DNA of 64,000 nt from an uncultured delta proteobacterium (GCA_963767925.1 CAVYGB010000002.1:1632001-1696000); one strand, 5' to 3'. Counted from the stretch's first letter, positions 40,671 through 51,846 are shown. The notes: generated by a model not told the origin, from the sequence alone. Numbers and translations are program-made.

Positions 40671-41288
40671 CTACTTGGCCTTGGCCGCCGCCTCTCGCTC
40701 CTTCTCCATCTCCTTGAAGCGGGCGTTCATGCGCGCCGTCCAGGGCGGGGCGATCTTGCTCATGCGGGCGTAGGCGATCGACTGCCCCAGGTGCTCCTGG
40801 GCGTGCGACAGCAGCAGGACGTACACCCCGCGGAAGGTGCTCTTGATGCCGAAGAACTCCGTCGGCTTGTTCAGGTCGGCGTCGCTGGCCGCGGCGAGGG
40901 CCCCCTTCATGTGGGCGAAGGAGTCCTTGAGCGCCTTCTCGATGTCCGCCTTCTTGGTGAGCGACTTCTCGTGGGTCTTGAAGTCGAACCCTTCCGGCGG
41001 CTTGACCCCGGCGAAGTTCGGCAAGCCGTAGTTCGCCGTCACGACGTGCATGAACACGTCGCCGGTCGAGCGGACGTCCTTGCCCGGGCGCCAGGCGAAC
41101 CTGGCCTGGGGGGTGGCGGCCGCCAGCTCGACGAGCTTGTTCTCGGCGTCGGTGATCCACATCAGCAGCTCGCCCTTGATGCCCGGGGGCAGGTCGGTGG
41201 GCGGCTGGGCGCTGGCCGGGCCGGCGCTGAAGATCGAGAGGGCGGCGGCGAGGAAGCCGGCGGCCCGGAGACAGATTGCGGTCGACAT
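40671..41288 (-). CDS. Secreted DinB family protein
   Basis: Signal peptide, WRPGKDVRSTGDVFMH, HAQEHLGQSIAYAR. Confidence 0.88.
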   Translation of the reverse strand: MSTAICLRAAGFLAAALSIFSAGPASAQPPTDLPPGIKGELLMWITDAENKLVELAAATPQARFAWRPGKDVRSTGDVFMHVVTANYGLPNFAGVKPPEGFDFKTHEKSLTKKADIEKALKDSFAHMKGALAAASDADLNKPTEFFGIKSTFRGVYVLLLSHAQEHLGQSIAYARMSKIAPPWTARMNARFKEMEKEREAAAKAK

Positions 41289-41358
41289 GGGAGAGACTCC
41301 TTCTGACGTGAGAGACAGTTGAAAAAGTGCCGGGTTTGCGAAGGTACGCTCGGGCCGG

Positions 41359-42723
41359 CTAGGGAACCGGCTGCCCCGCCAGGTGGGCGGTCGCCTTGCT
41401 GCGGAACTGGGCCACGCCCGCCTCGGGCGTGAGCTTCTCTTCGAGGATGTCCTTGCTGATGGGGTTCAAGATGTTGTTGAGCAAGGGGGTCCAGGTGGGG
41501 GGATCGTTGGGGGGCAGCTTGGTGGCGTAGGCCCCGCCGCGCTCGATCATGTCGAACGAGTCGGCGGTGATCTTGTCGGAGACGGCCTTCAGCGCGGTCA
41601 GCACCTTGCTGTTGATGGGCACCCCCCGCTCACCCTTGAGGATCTTGTTGGCCTCGACGTCGTTGGTGAAAAACTCGATCAGCTTGGCCGCCTCGCGCGG
41701 GTGTTTGCTGGCGGTGGTCACCGAGAAGTACTGCGAGGGCTTCATGTAGATGGGCGATTTGCCGCCCTTGACCCGGGGGAGGGGCAACATCTTCAGGTTG
41801 CGCTGCACGTCTCCGTTGGCCTTGTTGGCCGCGGTCCAGAGGGCGACGAGCTGGTTGCTGAAGATGTGCTCCATACCAGCCTTCTTGCCGACCAGCAGCA
41901 GCGTGTCGGGGCTGGTGGCGGTGGCCTCCTGGGCCAGGGTGGGGACCGCGCCGGCCTGCTTCAGGCGGACCAGCATCTTGAAGTGCTCGATCCAGGGCTG
42001 GTCGTCGCTGTAGCCGAGCGCCTTGCCGTCCTCGCTGAACACCCACTTGTCGAGCGAGAGGTAGACCGCCTTCCAGCCGGGGGTGTAGCCCCACATGCCC
42101 GAGCCGACGCCGAAGATCCCTTCCTTGGTCTTGATCTCGAGGGCGATGCGCTCGAAGTCCTCCCAGGTCCACTCGTCGGTGGGGACGGCGATGTTGTGCT
42201 TCTGCAACAGGTCGACGTCGACGACCATGCTCTGGGTGTTGATGCCGAGCGAGATGGCCACCACCTTGCCCCCGACCTTGCCGCCGTCGACGAAGCTGGC
42301 GGGCACGTCGCCGAGCTTGACGGTGCCGTCGGCGATGAAGTCGTCGAGCGGGCGCAGCAGCTTGCGGCCGTTCCATTCGTCGATGTACGCGTAGTCCTGC
42401 TGCATGATGTCCGGCAGGGTGCCGTCGGTCGCGTATTTGTTGACCGTCGGCCAGTAGTCGGTCCCCGCGATCCCCATGCCCTGGGTGGTCATGTAGAACT
42501 CGGTCTCGACCTTGACGTTCGGGTTCTGGGCCTCGAACATCGCCACCACCTGGCGGGTGCGGTTGGCGCGCTCGGCGCCCCCCCACCAGGCCATCTTGAG
42601 CTGCACCGGGCCGGCGGTCGTGCCGCCGCCACCAGCCGGCCCGGGCGAATCGCTGGAACAGCCACCCGCCGCAGCAAGGAGAAGAACAACACCAACGTGG
42701 ACCAGTCTTAGCGTCTGCCTCAT
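41359..42723 (-). CDS. ABC carbohydrate-binding lipoprotein
   Basis: Lipobox AAGGC, MAWWGGAER, PDIMQQD, WTWEDF, SKHPREAAKLIEFF. Confidence 0.9.
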   Translation of the reverse strand: MRQTLRLVHVGVVLLLAAAGGCSSDSPGPAGGGGTTAGPVQLKMAWWGGAERANRTRQVVAMFEAQNPNVKVETEFYMTTQGMGIAGTDYWPTVNKYATDGTLPDIMQQDYAYIDEWNGRKLLRPLDDFIADGTVKLGDVPASFVDGGKVGGKVVAISLGINTQSMVVDVDLLQKHNIAVPTDEWTWEDFERIALEIKTKEGIFGVGSGMWGYTPGWKAVYLSLDKWVFSEDGKALGYSDDQPWIEHFKMLVRLKQAGAVPTLAQEATATSPDTLLLVGKKAGMEHIFSNQLVALWTAANKANGDVQRNLKMLPLPRVKGGKSPIYMKPSQYFSVTTASKHPREAAKLIEFFTNDVEANKILKGERGVPINSKVLTALKAVSDKITADSFDMIERGGAYATKLPPNDPPTWTPLLNNILNPISKDILEEKLTPEAGVAQFRSKATAHLAGQPVP

Positions 42724-42911
42724 GACGCGCGATTCTATAGAGGCAGGCCGCCTCCACGGCAAGCCTTGCTTTGCCGATCGCCGGTGCCGGGATCGGATCG
42801 GCGGGAACGTTTTTCCGTGCCGTCCGATGTCACCGGACCGTCACTGCCACTCGAGATCGAAGACCAGCAGCGCGCCGTGTGCACTTCTGCGCGCTCGATC
42901 CCTCCAGCGCC

Positions 42912-43784
42912 CTACTGCAGGGCCCAGTCGATCGCCGCGAGCAGCAGCCGCAGGCCATTGTCGTTGAGCTTCAGCGCGGCGTCGTTCGCTACGAAGCAGC
43001 CCACGCGCCGCGCGGCTGCCGTGCCCACCACCATGGCGGCGCCGCGCGGGTAGCCGAAGATGGCCACCCGATCGGGCAAGCCGGCCAGCGTGGCCACCCG
43101 CTCGGCGCCCGCCGGCGGGCTCCCCCAGCCCATGCTGGCCGCCTCGTTCACCACCGTCACCGTGCCGGTGAGGCCGGCGGCCATCGGGTGCCCCTGCATC
43201 TGGATGGTGAGCTGGGTGGCGGTGGTGACCCCGTGGTCGACCCAGTTGGAGTCGCCGGTCATGCCCATCTCGGAGAAGGCGGCCCGCTCGAGCGTCACCA
43301 CCGGCACCGCCACGGTCCGGTACCGGTCGGACAGGACCACCGAGACCGCGCTCTCCGACAGCACGACCAGATCCACCCCCGCGAGGGCGACGGCGTCCTC
43401 GTCGCTGGCCAGCCGCACGGTGAAGCCGTAGACGGCGAGCATCGCCTGCAGCCGCGCATCCCCCGGCTCGGGAAAATCGCTGTCGCCCACCACCAGCAAG
43501 ACGTCGCGGGCGACCGCCTGATCGGGCGCGGCGTCGACATCGTCGGCCAGCACGTCCTCTTCGCCGCGGGCGTCCGCCGGCGTCGCATCCGCACCGGCGT
43601 CGCGCAGCGCCTGGTCGCCAGGCGGTCGATCGGCCTGGGCGGCGGTGTCTTCACCGAGGCGGACGTCCGTCGGCGAGGCGTCGGCTCCTGCGTCCACCGT
43701 CAGCACGGCCCGATCGACCGGCTGCGGAGCGCAGGCCACCACCAGCACCACCATCCCCAGGGCCCGACGAAGCGATCGCAACAT
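42912..43784 (-). CDS. Hypothetical lipoprotein (DA-rich linker plus alpha/beta domain)
   Basis: Lipobox VVAC, DAGAD repeats, DLVVLSES...HPMAAGL...AAIDWA. Confidence 0.75.
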   Translation of the reverse strand: MLRSLRRALGMVVLVVACAPQPVDRAVLTVDAGADASPTDVRLGEDTAAQADRPPGDQALRDAGADATPADARGEEDVLADDVDAAPDQAVARDVLLVVGDSDFPEPGDARLQAMLAVYGFTVRLASDEDAVALAGVDLVVLSESAVSVVLSDRYRTVAVPVVTLERAAFSEMGMTGDSNWVDHGVTTATQLTIQMQGHPMAAGLTGTVTVVNEAASMGWGSPPAGAERVATLAGLPDRVAIFGYPRGAAMVVGTAAARRVGCFVANDAALKLNDNGLRLLLAAIDWALQ

Positions 43785-43839
43785 CCAAGTATGGTCGGCG
43801 CCACTGGACTTGCTCGCAGATAGCGGTCAAGTATCGCCT

Positions 43840-45504
43840 GTGGGTTCCGGGACCACAGGTGGCAGCGACGGCGGCGAACGCCGAATCGGCGCGCCCTCCG
43901 AGGGGCCCCCGCGGGCCGGCGGCGCCGCCGCGCTGGTGGTGGCGGCGGGGATCTTCCTCTCGCGCATCGCCGGCTTTCTCCGCAGCCGCGCCCTGGCCCA
44001 CTACCTCGGCGCCTCCGACGCGGCCGACGCCTTCACCGTCGCCCTGCGCATCCCCAACCTGCTGCAGAACCTGTTCGGCGAGGGGGTGCTCTCGGCGTCG
44101 TTCATCCCGGTCTACGCTCGCCTCGAGGCCGAGGGTCGCCACGAGGAGGCCCGCAAGGTGGCGGGTGCCGTGCTCTCCCTGCTCTTTCTCACCGTCTCGC
44201 TGATCGTGCTGGGCGGCATCCTGGCCGCGCCCGTGCTGGTGGACATCTTCGCCGCCGGCTACAGCGGCGCGAAACGCGACCTCCTGGTCCGCCTCGTGCG
44301 CACGGTGTTCCCCGGCACCGGGCTCCTGGTGCTGTCGGCCTGGTGCCTGGGCGTGCTCAACAGCCACCGCCGCTTCTTCCTCTCGTACGCCGCGCCGGTG
44401 CTCTGGAACCTGGCCATCATCGGGGCCCTGGTCCTCGAGGGGCGACACACGCGCGCCCAGTACCCGCTGGCCATCGCCGCCGCGGTGGGCGCGGTGGCGG
44501 GCAGCGCCCTGCAGCTCCTGCTGCAGCTCCCGGCCGCCCTGCTGCTGCTGCGCGGGCTGCGGCTCGGCCTGGGGCGGGGCTCGGCCGAGGTCCGCCAGGT
44601 GGGCAAGAGCTTCGGGCCGGTGGTGCTGGGGCGGGGCGTGGTCCAGATCTCCAGCTACGTCGATTCGTTCGTCGCCACCTTCCTGCAGACCGGGGCGATG
44701 TCCGGGCTGGGCTACGCGGCGATGCTGTACCAGCTCCCGATCAGCCTGTTCGGGATGGCCGTCTCCGCCGCCGAGCTGCCCGAGATGGCGCGCGCCACCG
44801 GCGACCCGCAGGCGGTGGCCGCGCGCCTCGAGGAGCGGCTGGGCCACGGCCTGCGCCGCATGGCCTACTTCGTGATCCCCACCGCCCTCCTCTTCGTGGT
44901 CCTGGGCGACGTCGTGGTCGGCCTCGTCTACCGCACGGGGGCCTTCGGCGCCGAGGAGGAGCGCTACGTGTGGGCCATCCTGGCCGCCTTCTCGCTGGGC
45001 CTGCCCGCCGCCACCCAGGCCCGCCTCTACTCGTCGGCCTTCTACGCCCTCCTCGACACGACGACGCCCTTCCGCATCGCCCTGGTGCGGGTGGCGATCG
45101 GCATCGCCCTCGGCGTGGGGCTGGCCCTCGGGCTGCCGCCGCTGCTGCGGATGGATCTGCACTGGGGGGTGGTCGGCCTGGCCCTCGGCGGCGCGGTGGC
45201 CGCCTGGCTGGAGATGGGCCTGCTGCGCCACGCCCTGGGCGTCCGCATCGGCGTTGCCATCGGCCTGCCGGCGCGCTTCATCGTCACGGTCGGACTGGCC
45301 TCCGCCCTCGCCGCCGCCGCCGCCTGGGGCGCCCGCCTCGCCGTCACCCCCGTCATCGCGGCGCTGGGCCTGCCCCTGCACCCGCTGCGCGAGGCCGCCG
45401 TCCTGGCCGTCTTCGGCGTCCTCTACCTGCTCTTCACCCTCCTCTTCGGCGTCGAGGAGGCCCGCGCCGTCACCGCTCGCCTCGGCCGCCGCCTGCGGCG
45501 CTGA
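43840..45504 (+). CDS. murJ: Lipid II flippase MurJ (MviN)
   Basis: LSRIAGFLR, ADAF..ALRIPNLLQNLFGEGVLSASFIP, YQLPISLFG, many TM helices. Start uncertain. Confidence 0.95.
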   Translation: MGSGTTGGSDGGERRIGAPSEGPPRAGGAAALVVAAGIFLSRIAGFLRSRALAHYLGASDAADAFTVALRIPNLLQNLFGEGVLSASFIPVYARLEAEGRHEEARKVAGAVLSLLFLTVSLIVLGGILAAPVLVDIFAAGYSGAKRDLLVRLVRTVFPGTGLLVLSAWCLGVLNSHRRFFLSYAAPVLWNLAIIGALVLEGRHTRAQYPLAIAAAVGAVAGSALQLLLQLPAALLLLRGLRLGLGRGSAEVRQVGKSFGPVVLGRGVVQISSYVDSFVATFLQTGAMSGLGYAAMLYQLPISLFGMAVSAAELPEMARATGDPQAVAARLEERLGHGLRRMAYFVIPTALLFVVLGDVVVGLVYRTGAFGAEEERYVWAILAAFSLGLPAATQARLYSSAFYALLDTTTPFRIALVRVAIGIALGVGLALGLPPLLRMDLHWGVVGLALGGAVAAWLEMGLLRHALGVRIGVAIGLPARFIVTVGLASALAAAAAWGARLAVTPVIAALGLPLHPLREAAVLAVFGVLYLLFTLLFGVEEARAVTARLGRRLRR

Positions 45505-45517
45505 CCCCCGCGCCCGC

Positions 45518-46756
45518 TCAGGGCAGGACGAGCTGCACCCGGTGGGCCCCGAGCTGCCCGCCGAAGTGGCGGCTCAGCAGCTCGTCGTAGCGGGCGTCGC
45601 CGTAGGCCCGGCGGGCCCGGCGGAGCACGGGGATCAGGGTGGGATTGTCGCGCGGCCCGAGCTGCGGGTAGGGCCAGGTGGCGGCCGGGTCCAGGTAGGG
45701 CAGCAGGTAGTCGAGCGCCGGGCGGAGCCCCCGCCCGTCCGGGCTGCGGTAGCGGTAGAGGTCAGCGCCGAGGTTGGCCTGGGCCGACATGGCGGCCAGC
45801 GAGAACAGGGCCGCCAGGTTGAAGCCGCTGTAGTGAAACGATCGCGTGCGCTCCAGCTCGCGCGGCTGCCGGCCGTCCGGCTGGATCTGGGCGGCGATGC
45901 GGGTCGCGCGCGCGCTGGCCGCCACCGCCCGGGCCAGCGCCGGTCGTCCGGCGAACAGGGCGAAGCGGCAGACCTGGGCGTCGTACCAGGAGCCGTGGTT
46001 GTTGCTGGCGGCCTTCTCCCCCTTGCCGATCGCGCTGTCCGCCAGCCAGTCGAGGTAATAGGCGAACCAGGCCCGCAGCGCCCGGTCGTCCTTCGCCGTC
46101 CAGGCCGGGGAGCGGGCCAGCAGCTCGACCCCCTCGAGCATGTTTACCAGGTCGACCGTGTCGATCACGCCGGCCGGACGCCCGGCCGTCACCCCCGGGA
46201 TGGCCTGCGCGAAGTTCAGGTTGGGGTTCATGCGGGTCGCGGGGTCGATGAACCAGACCCGCAGCAGCTTGACCGCGTGCTCGGCGTAGCGGGCGTCGTC
46301 GGTGAAGAAGAAGGCCAGCCCCAGCGTCTCGACGGCGGCGGCCATCGCCGACTCGGCGGCGTTGTCGGTCTCGCCCGAGTTGCGGGCGGGGTTGCGCTGC
46401 CCGTCCTTGCGCAGGTAGGGCAGGCCGCCCGGCTTGCTCGGGTCGGGCCACCAGTAGGGCCCCACGCTCATGTAGTCGTGCTTGTCGCCGCTCGGGGGCA
46501 CGAGCTTCTTGTCCATCACCGAAAACGGCCCCGCCCGCAGCGCCTCGTCCGCCTCTTGCCGCAGCCGGGCCAGCGCGGGGGCCAGCCGCGCCTCGCCGCG
46601 CGCCAGCTCCCCCTTGACCCGGGTCATGTGGGCGAGGTCCCAGAGCACGGGGCCCTTGCCCATTGCCTCCGCCTCGGAGCGGCGACAGCCGGTCGCCGCC
46701 GCCAGGGCGCCGAGGGCCAGGAAAAACGCCAGCGGCCTGGGTCGGTCGTGCAGCAT
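45518..46756 (-). CDS. Alginate lyase family (PF05426-like) lipoprotein
   Basis: PPSGDKHDYMSVGPYWWP, DGQRNP, TRMNPNL.FAQ, NNHGSWY, ELERTRSFHYS. Confidence 0.9.
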   Translation of the reverse strand: MLHDRPRPLAFFLALGALAAATGCRRSEAEAMGKGPVLWDLAHMTRVKGELARGEARLAPALARLRQEADEALRAGPFSVMDKKLVPPSGDKHDYMSVGPYWWPDPSKPGGLPYLRKDGQRNPARNSGETDNAAESAMAAAVETLGLAFFFTDDARYAEHAVKLLRVWFIDPATRMNPNLNFAQAIPGVTAGRPAGVIDTVDLVNMLEGVELLARSPAWTAKDDRALRAWFAYYLDWLADSAIGKGEKAASNNHGSWYDAQVCRFALFAGRPALARAVAASARATRIAAQIQPDGRQPRELERTRSFHYSGFNLAALFSLAAMSAQANLGADLYRYRSPDGRGLRPALDYLLPYLDPAATWPYPQLGPRDNPTLIPVLRRARRAYGDARYDELLSRHFGGQLGAHRVQLVLP

Positions 46757-46801
46757 CGGCCTTCTCCCCCGGGTTGTCTCCGGGCGACCCGGAGGGTTGG
46801 G

Positions 46802-48068
46802 CTATTCGTAGCGGAGGGCGTAGATCGGGTCGACCCGCGAGGCGCGGACGGCAGGATACAGCCCGGAGATGATTCCTACCGCCATCGACACCCCGATGGC
46901 CAGCACCAGGGAGGCGGCCGTGACGACGGTGGGCCACTTGGCGTAATAGGCCACCGCCTGGGCGATGCCGATGCCGATGCCCACGCCGGTCAGCCCTCCC
47001 AGCGCGCTGATGGAGAACGACTCGACCAGGAACTGGGTCACGATGTCGGTGCGCCGGGCGCCGATGGCCCGCCGCACGCCGATCTCCCGGGTCCGCTCCA
47101 GCACCGAGGCCAGCATGATGTTCATGATGCCGATGCCCCCCACCAGCAGCGAGATGCCGGCGATGGCCCCCATGACGATGTTGAACAGTCGCTGCGTCTG
47201 CCGGCTCTGGGCCAGCAGCGCCTCCGGCACGACGATCTCGTAGTCGTCGACGCCGCCGTGGATGCCGTCGAGCAGGGTCTTGATGACCGCGGCCGACTCG
47301 CGCGGCGACACGTCCGGCGCCAGCCGCACCAGGATCTCGTCGAGCGGCGAGGCTAAAAGCTCGTGCTCCAGCTTTCGCTGCAGCGTCGTCACCGGCAAGA
47401 AGATCTCCCGGGTCGTGCTGCCCGTGTTGATGGCCCCCGCCGCCCCTCCGGTCCCCGAGGGCGAGGCGCCCCCGCCCGGCACCGACGGCCGCTGCGCGAT
47501 GACGCCGATCACCTGGCACCACAGGTCGTTGACCTTGAGGTGTTGCCCCAGGGCCGGGCCGAAGGCGAACAGATCCCGCCGCACGGCCGCCGCGATCACG
47601 CACACCTGGGCGTGATCCCGCTCGTCGAGGGCGTCGAAGAAGCGCCCCTCGGCCAGCGGCATCGCCACGATGTCCCGGTGCCGGCTCGACACACCGTAGA
47701 CGGTGGCCTCGCTGCGCGACTCGCCGGCCTGCACGCGCCAGGGCTCGATCTTCAGGCGGGGCCCCACCAGCTCCACCCCCGGCACCGCCTCCTTGATGGC
47801 GTCGGCGTCGCGCAGCGAGACGCCGAGCGACTTCTTGCGCGCCTCCCGCATCTCGTCGTAACGCAGGGTCCGCGCTCGCACCAGCACGTTGCGCATGCCG
47901 AGCTGATCGATCATGGCCTGCGCCTGGCGGGCGGCCCCCGCCCCGATCGACAGCATCGAGATGACGGCCCCCACCCCGAACATGATGCCCAGCATGGTCA
48001 GCCCGGCCCGCAGCTTGTGCGAGCCGACGCCCGCCCAGCGCCGAGCGGAATGCCTCCCAGAGGTTCAC
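46802..48068 (-). CDS. MacB-like ABC permease (no ATPase domain), one indel near 48030
   Basis: LTMLGIMFGVGAVI, ISLLVGGIGIMNIMLASVLERTREIGVRRAIGA, DPIYALRYE. The N-terminus VNLWEAFRSAL is in another frame. Confidence 0.88.
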
Positions 48069-49383
48069 AGGCCGGGCCCTCGCCGCGAGCGCTCCGCGGG
48101 GGCCGCGCCGCCGGCGCCCCCGGCCCGGCCGGCGGTGGCCGGCGCCGACAGCTCGTCGGCCGAACGCCTGGGATCGCGCAGGGCGATCCGGTCGCCGGAG
48201 GCCAGGCCCTTCAGGACGACCATCCGTCCCACCGTGCCGGGGCCCAGGGTCACGGGCACCACCTCGAAGTCGTTGCCCCAGCGCGTGCGCCGGTAGACGA
48301 AGCTGCCGCTCTCGTTGCGGAAGATGGCCTGGCGGGGGATGACCAGCGCCTGAGGGAGCTCGTCGAGCACGATGGTCGCCTTGCAGCCGCTGGCCCGGCT
48401 TGACCCCCGCCGTGTTCCCCTCGATCGCCAGCAGCGCGCCGAAGTACTGGGTGGGGACCTCCGGGTGCTTGGACTTCGGGAAGGGATCCACCTTCTTCAC
48501 CTTCGCCTTCCAGAGCACGTCGGGCCGAGCGTCGAGCACCACCTGGGCGCGCTTGCCGGTCACCAGGCCGCCGGCGTCCGCCTCCAGCACCGCCACCTCC
48601 GCGTCCATCCGGTCGTTCGTCGCCACCTCGCCGACCCGCATGCTGGAGAAGGCCCGGTCACCCGCCTGCAACACCCGCTGGCCCCAGCCCCAGCGCTGGA
48701 TGACGAAGGTGCCGTCGTGGGGCGCCCGCACCTCGAGCGAATCCAGCGTCTCGGCCGCGCGCCGGGCCTCCCGCTCGGCCTTCTCCCGGTCGACCGCCAG
48801 CAGGGCCACCCGGCTCCCGCCGAGCTGCTTCTCCACCGAGCTGGCCCGCTCGGTCTGGTCGAGGCGGGCCTTCAGCAGCCCCTCGTCGATCTCCGACTCG
48901 ATCACCTCGTTGCGGGGGAAGAACCGGGGGTCCTTCTTGCCCAGCTCACGCGGCCTGGCGCATCTCCTCCTGGGTCAGGGAGGCGGCCCGGGTCCGCTCG
49001 CTCAGCGCGTGGCGCACCTGCAGCTTCTCCCGGTCGATGCGGCTCAGGGCGGCCTCCCTGTCGGCCTGCCCGTCGGCCAGCGCGCGGGTGGCCTCCTCGC
49101 TGTCGAAGCGGATGACCACGTCGCCCTTCTTGACCTGGGCGCCGTCCTCGGCCAGCCAGGCGATCAGCAGGGCCCGCCCCCGGTTCGGCGCGGTCAGCGG
49201 CGTGGCTCGCACCGGGCGCAGGTACCCCTCGGCGATCACCATCCGGGTGAAGGGGGCGCTCTTCATCTCGACGACGGGGACCCGGGCGCTGCCCGTCCCC
49301 ATGCGCGAGAAGGCCGCCCGGGCCAGCAGGGCGCCGCCCGCCGCCACCACGACAACCGCGCCGGCGATCCAGGAGCGCCTCAT
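48065..49383 (-). CDS. Periplasmic adaptor (HlyD/RND MFP) no. 3, frameshifted in this assembly
   Basis: MRRSWIAGAVV...EDGAQVKKGDVV; VRAPHDG; VKPGQ; ALVIPRQAIF. Pieces lie in different frames (indels near 48950 and 48380). Confidence 0.8.
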
Positions 49384-50619
49384 GGCGGCGACTCCTCCAG
49401 ATCGCGGCGGGCCACCCGGTCGCCCGGGGCGAGCCCGCTCTTGATCTCGACCTGGGTGCGCGAGCGGCGCCCACCTTGACCGCCACCTTCTCGAACCCGC
49501 TGCCCGTCGCGCCGGAAGACCACCGGTCCCTCGGCCCGCCCGAAGATGGCCTCGACCGGGGCCAGCACCGCGCCCTGCAGGCGGCCGGTCTCGAGCCGGC
49601 CGCGAAACTGCATCCCCGGGCGCATGCGCGAGGGGTCGGTCCGGTCGAGGGCGATCGACAGCCCGACCACCTTGAGCGGGTTGCGCGGCGACTGCCGGTA
49701 GACGTTGGGGCGCAGGCTGATCACCTTGCCCACCCACTCCTGCTCGGGCAGGGCCTCGAGCCGCAGCCGCACCGTCTGGCCGACCTTCACCTTGGCCGAC
49801 TCCATCTCGTCGACCTCGCCGTGGGCCATCATCTCGCTCGTGTCGGTGACCTCCAGGCAGGGCTCGCCGACCTCAGCAGTCGTCGCCGACCTTCTTCTTT
49901 TCCCCCCGCCAGTTGGTCTGGTACACGACCACCCCGTCGATGGGCGCCGCCACCGTCGAGCTTGTCGATCAGCTCCTGCAGGCGGGCCGCCCGCCCGGCG
50001 AAGCGGGCGTAGCGGTCGCGCAGGTAGGCCAGCTCGGCCTTGCCCAGCCGCAGGCTGTGCTCGAGCCGCTGGTGGGCCATCTTCAGCTCGGCCTCGGCGG
50101 CGCCCAGATCGATCTGGGCCAGCTTCACCTCGATCGCCGCGGTGTACTTGCGCGGGCAGGTCGGCCTTCAGCGCTGCCTTGCGGGTGAGGGCCTCCGCCT
50201 CGGTCACCCGCATCTCCCCCTCCCGGCGGGCCAGCTCGATCTCGTGCAGCTTGCGCTCGATCTCCCGGGCGGCGCTGTCGCGCTCGGCGACCCGCCCCAG
50301 CAGCTCGCGTCTCCAGCTCGCCGCTGTCGAAGAACATGACCTTGGTCCCCTGCTTGACGTGGGTCCCCTCGGTGGCCATGCGCGCGATCTTGAAGTCGTC
50401 CTCTTCCAGCCCCGAGGGGGGCCCCACCGGGGCCGAGCGGGTGGCCACCAGGGTGCCGACGACGTCGACGTCGATCGCCAGGTCCCCCTCGAGCACGGGG
50501 CTCCACATTTCATCGCCGAGCGCCGACTCGACGCCGCAGCCGGCGAGCGCCAGGGGGCCGAAAGCGGCGAAGACGGCGAGCGCGGCGTGGGCCCGCCCCG
50601 GGAGCGGCCGCCCGATCAC
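49380..50619 (-). CDS. Periplasmic adaptor (HlyD/RND MFP) no. 2, frameshifted in this assembly
   Basis: TEGTHVKQG, GEVDEMESAKVKVGQ, MRPGMQ, LAPVEAIF, GLAPGDRV. Several indels. Confidence 0.8.
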
Positions 50620-51846
50620 GGCAGCGCCCTTCGCAAGGAGGTGCCGGGGGCCACCCCGCTCGGCACCACGCACTCCTGACCGTTGCAGCCGGCCAGGGTG
50701 ACGTCCTGGCTGTCGCCGCTCGCGAGCAGCAGCCGCGGGGGCCTCCCCCGACAGGTCGAGCGCCGCCCGCGGCACCAGCACGACGTCCGGCTTGCTGTCG
50801 ACGAGCACCTCGATGCGCGCCGAGAGGCCGGGGCGCAGGATGTCCGAGTCCGCCGCCGGTCAGCTCGACGCCGACCGTGAAGACCCGCCGCTGCGCCCTG
50901 CTGGCGGCCCTGCCCCTGGGTCTGGGCCACCGGGGAGATGTCGCGCACGAACGCCGGGGAAGGTGCGGCCCGGGTAGGCGTCGAGGGTCACCACCGCCGG
51001 CATGCCGGAGGCGATCTTGCCGTCGTCGACGTCGGCCAGCCAGGCCCGCACCCGGCGCGAGCGGGCGCTCGCCACCTTCGCCACCACCATCCCCATGAAC
51101 AGCTCGTCCCCCTCCTGCACCTTGCGCCGCTCCTCCTGGTGGTCGCCGAGCAGCACGGTGCCCGGCTCGGGCGTCGTCAGGGTCAAGGTGGCGATGGCGT
51201 CGTCAGCCGCCTTGACCGCCCGGCGCAGCTTCTCGAGGGCGATGCGCTTGAGCTTCACGTCGGTGGCGGCGGTGGTCTTCTGGGCCTCGAGGGCGGCCTC
51301 GCCCCGCTCGACGTCCACCTTCGCCCGCCGCACCACCATCTGCTTCTCGAGGAAGTCGCGCTTGGGCAAGATCCCCTCGGGCACGTCGGCGTCGACCTCG
51401 GCCCGCTGCAGGGCGGCCTTCTTGCGCTCGAGGTCGAGCGCCTTGTCTGCCTCGAGCACCCCGTTTTGCGAGAGCTGCCGCTCGAGGTCGATCTCGGCCT
51501 GCGAGAGCTGCAGGGTGAGGTCCTTGATCTGCTGGACGAAGGAGGCGCTGTCGAGCCGCGCCACCACCTCGTTGGCCTTCACCTCCACCCCCTCGGGCAC
51601 CAGCTTGCGCAGGGCCACCCGACCGGTGGGGACCCGCGGCACCTTCAGCTCGACCGCCGCGACGGCGTCCACCTCGCCGGTCAGCGGCAGGTGTCGGGTG
51701 AAGGCCCCCTTGCGCGCGCTCAGCCCGTCGGCCGAGGCCCGCTCGGACGGCTTGCCGGAGAGGGAACGTTTGCCGCCGGCGCAGGCAGAAGCGGCCGCGG
51801 AGGCGGCCAGCAGGAACACGAAGATTTTCGAAGTGGGAGACGGCAT
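50616..51846 (-). CDS. Periplasmic adaptor (HlyD/RND MFP) no. 1, lipoprotein, frameshifted near the C-terminus
   Basis: Lipobox ASAC, PEGVEVKANEVVARLD, coiled coil, TLDAYPG, LRPGLSAR. About 4 indels in 50730-50955. Confidence 0.8.

Noticed and set aside
45762..48905. Single 1047-aa fusion protein
   Set aside because: Only its N-terminal part is MFP sequence; the rest is off-frame read-through caused by indels.
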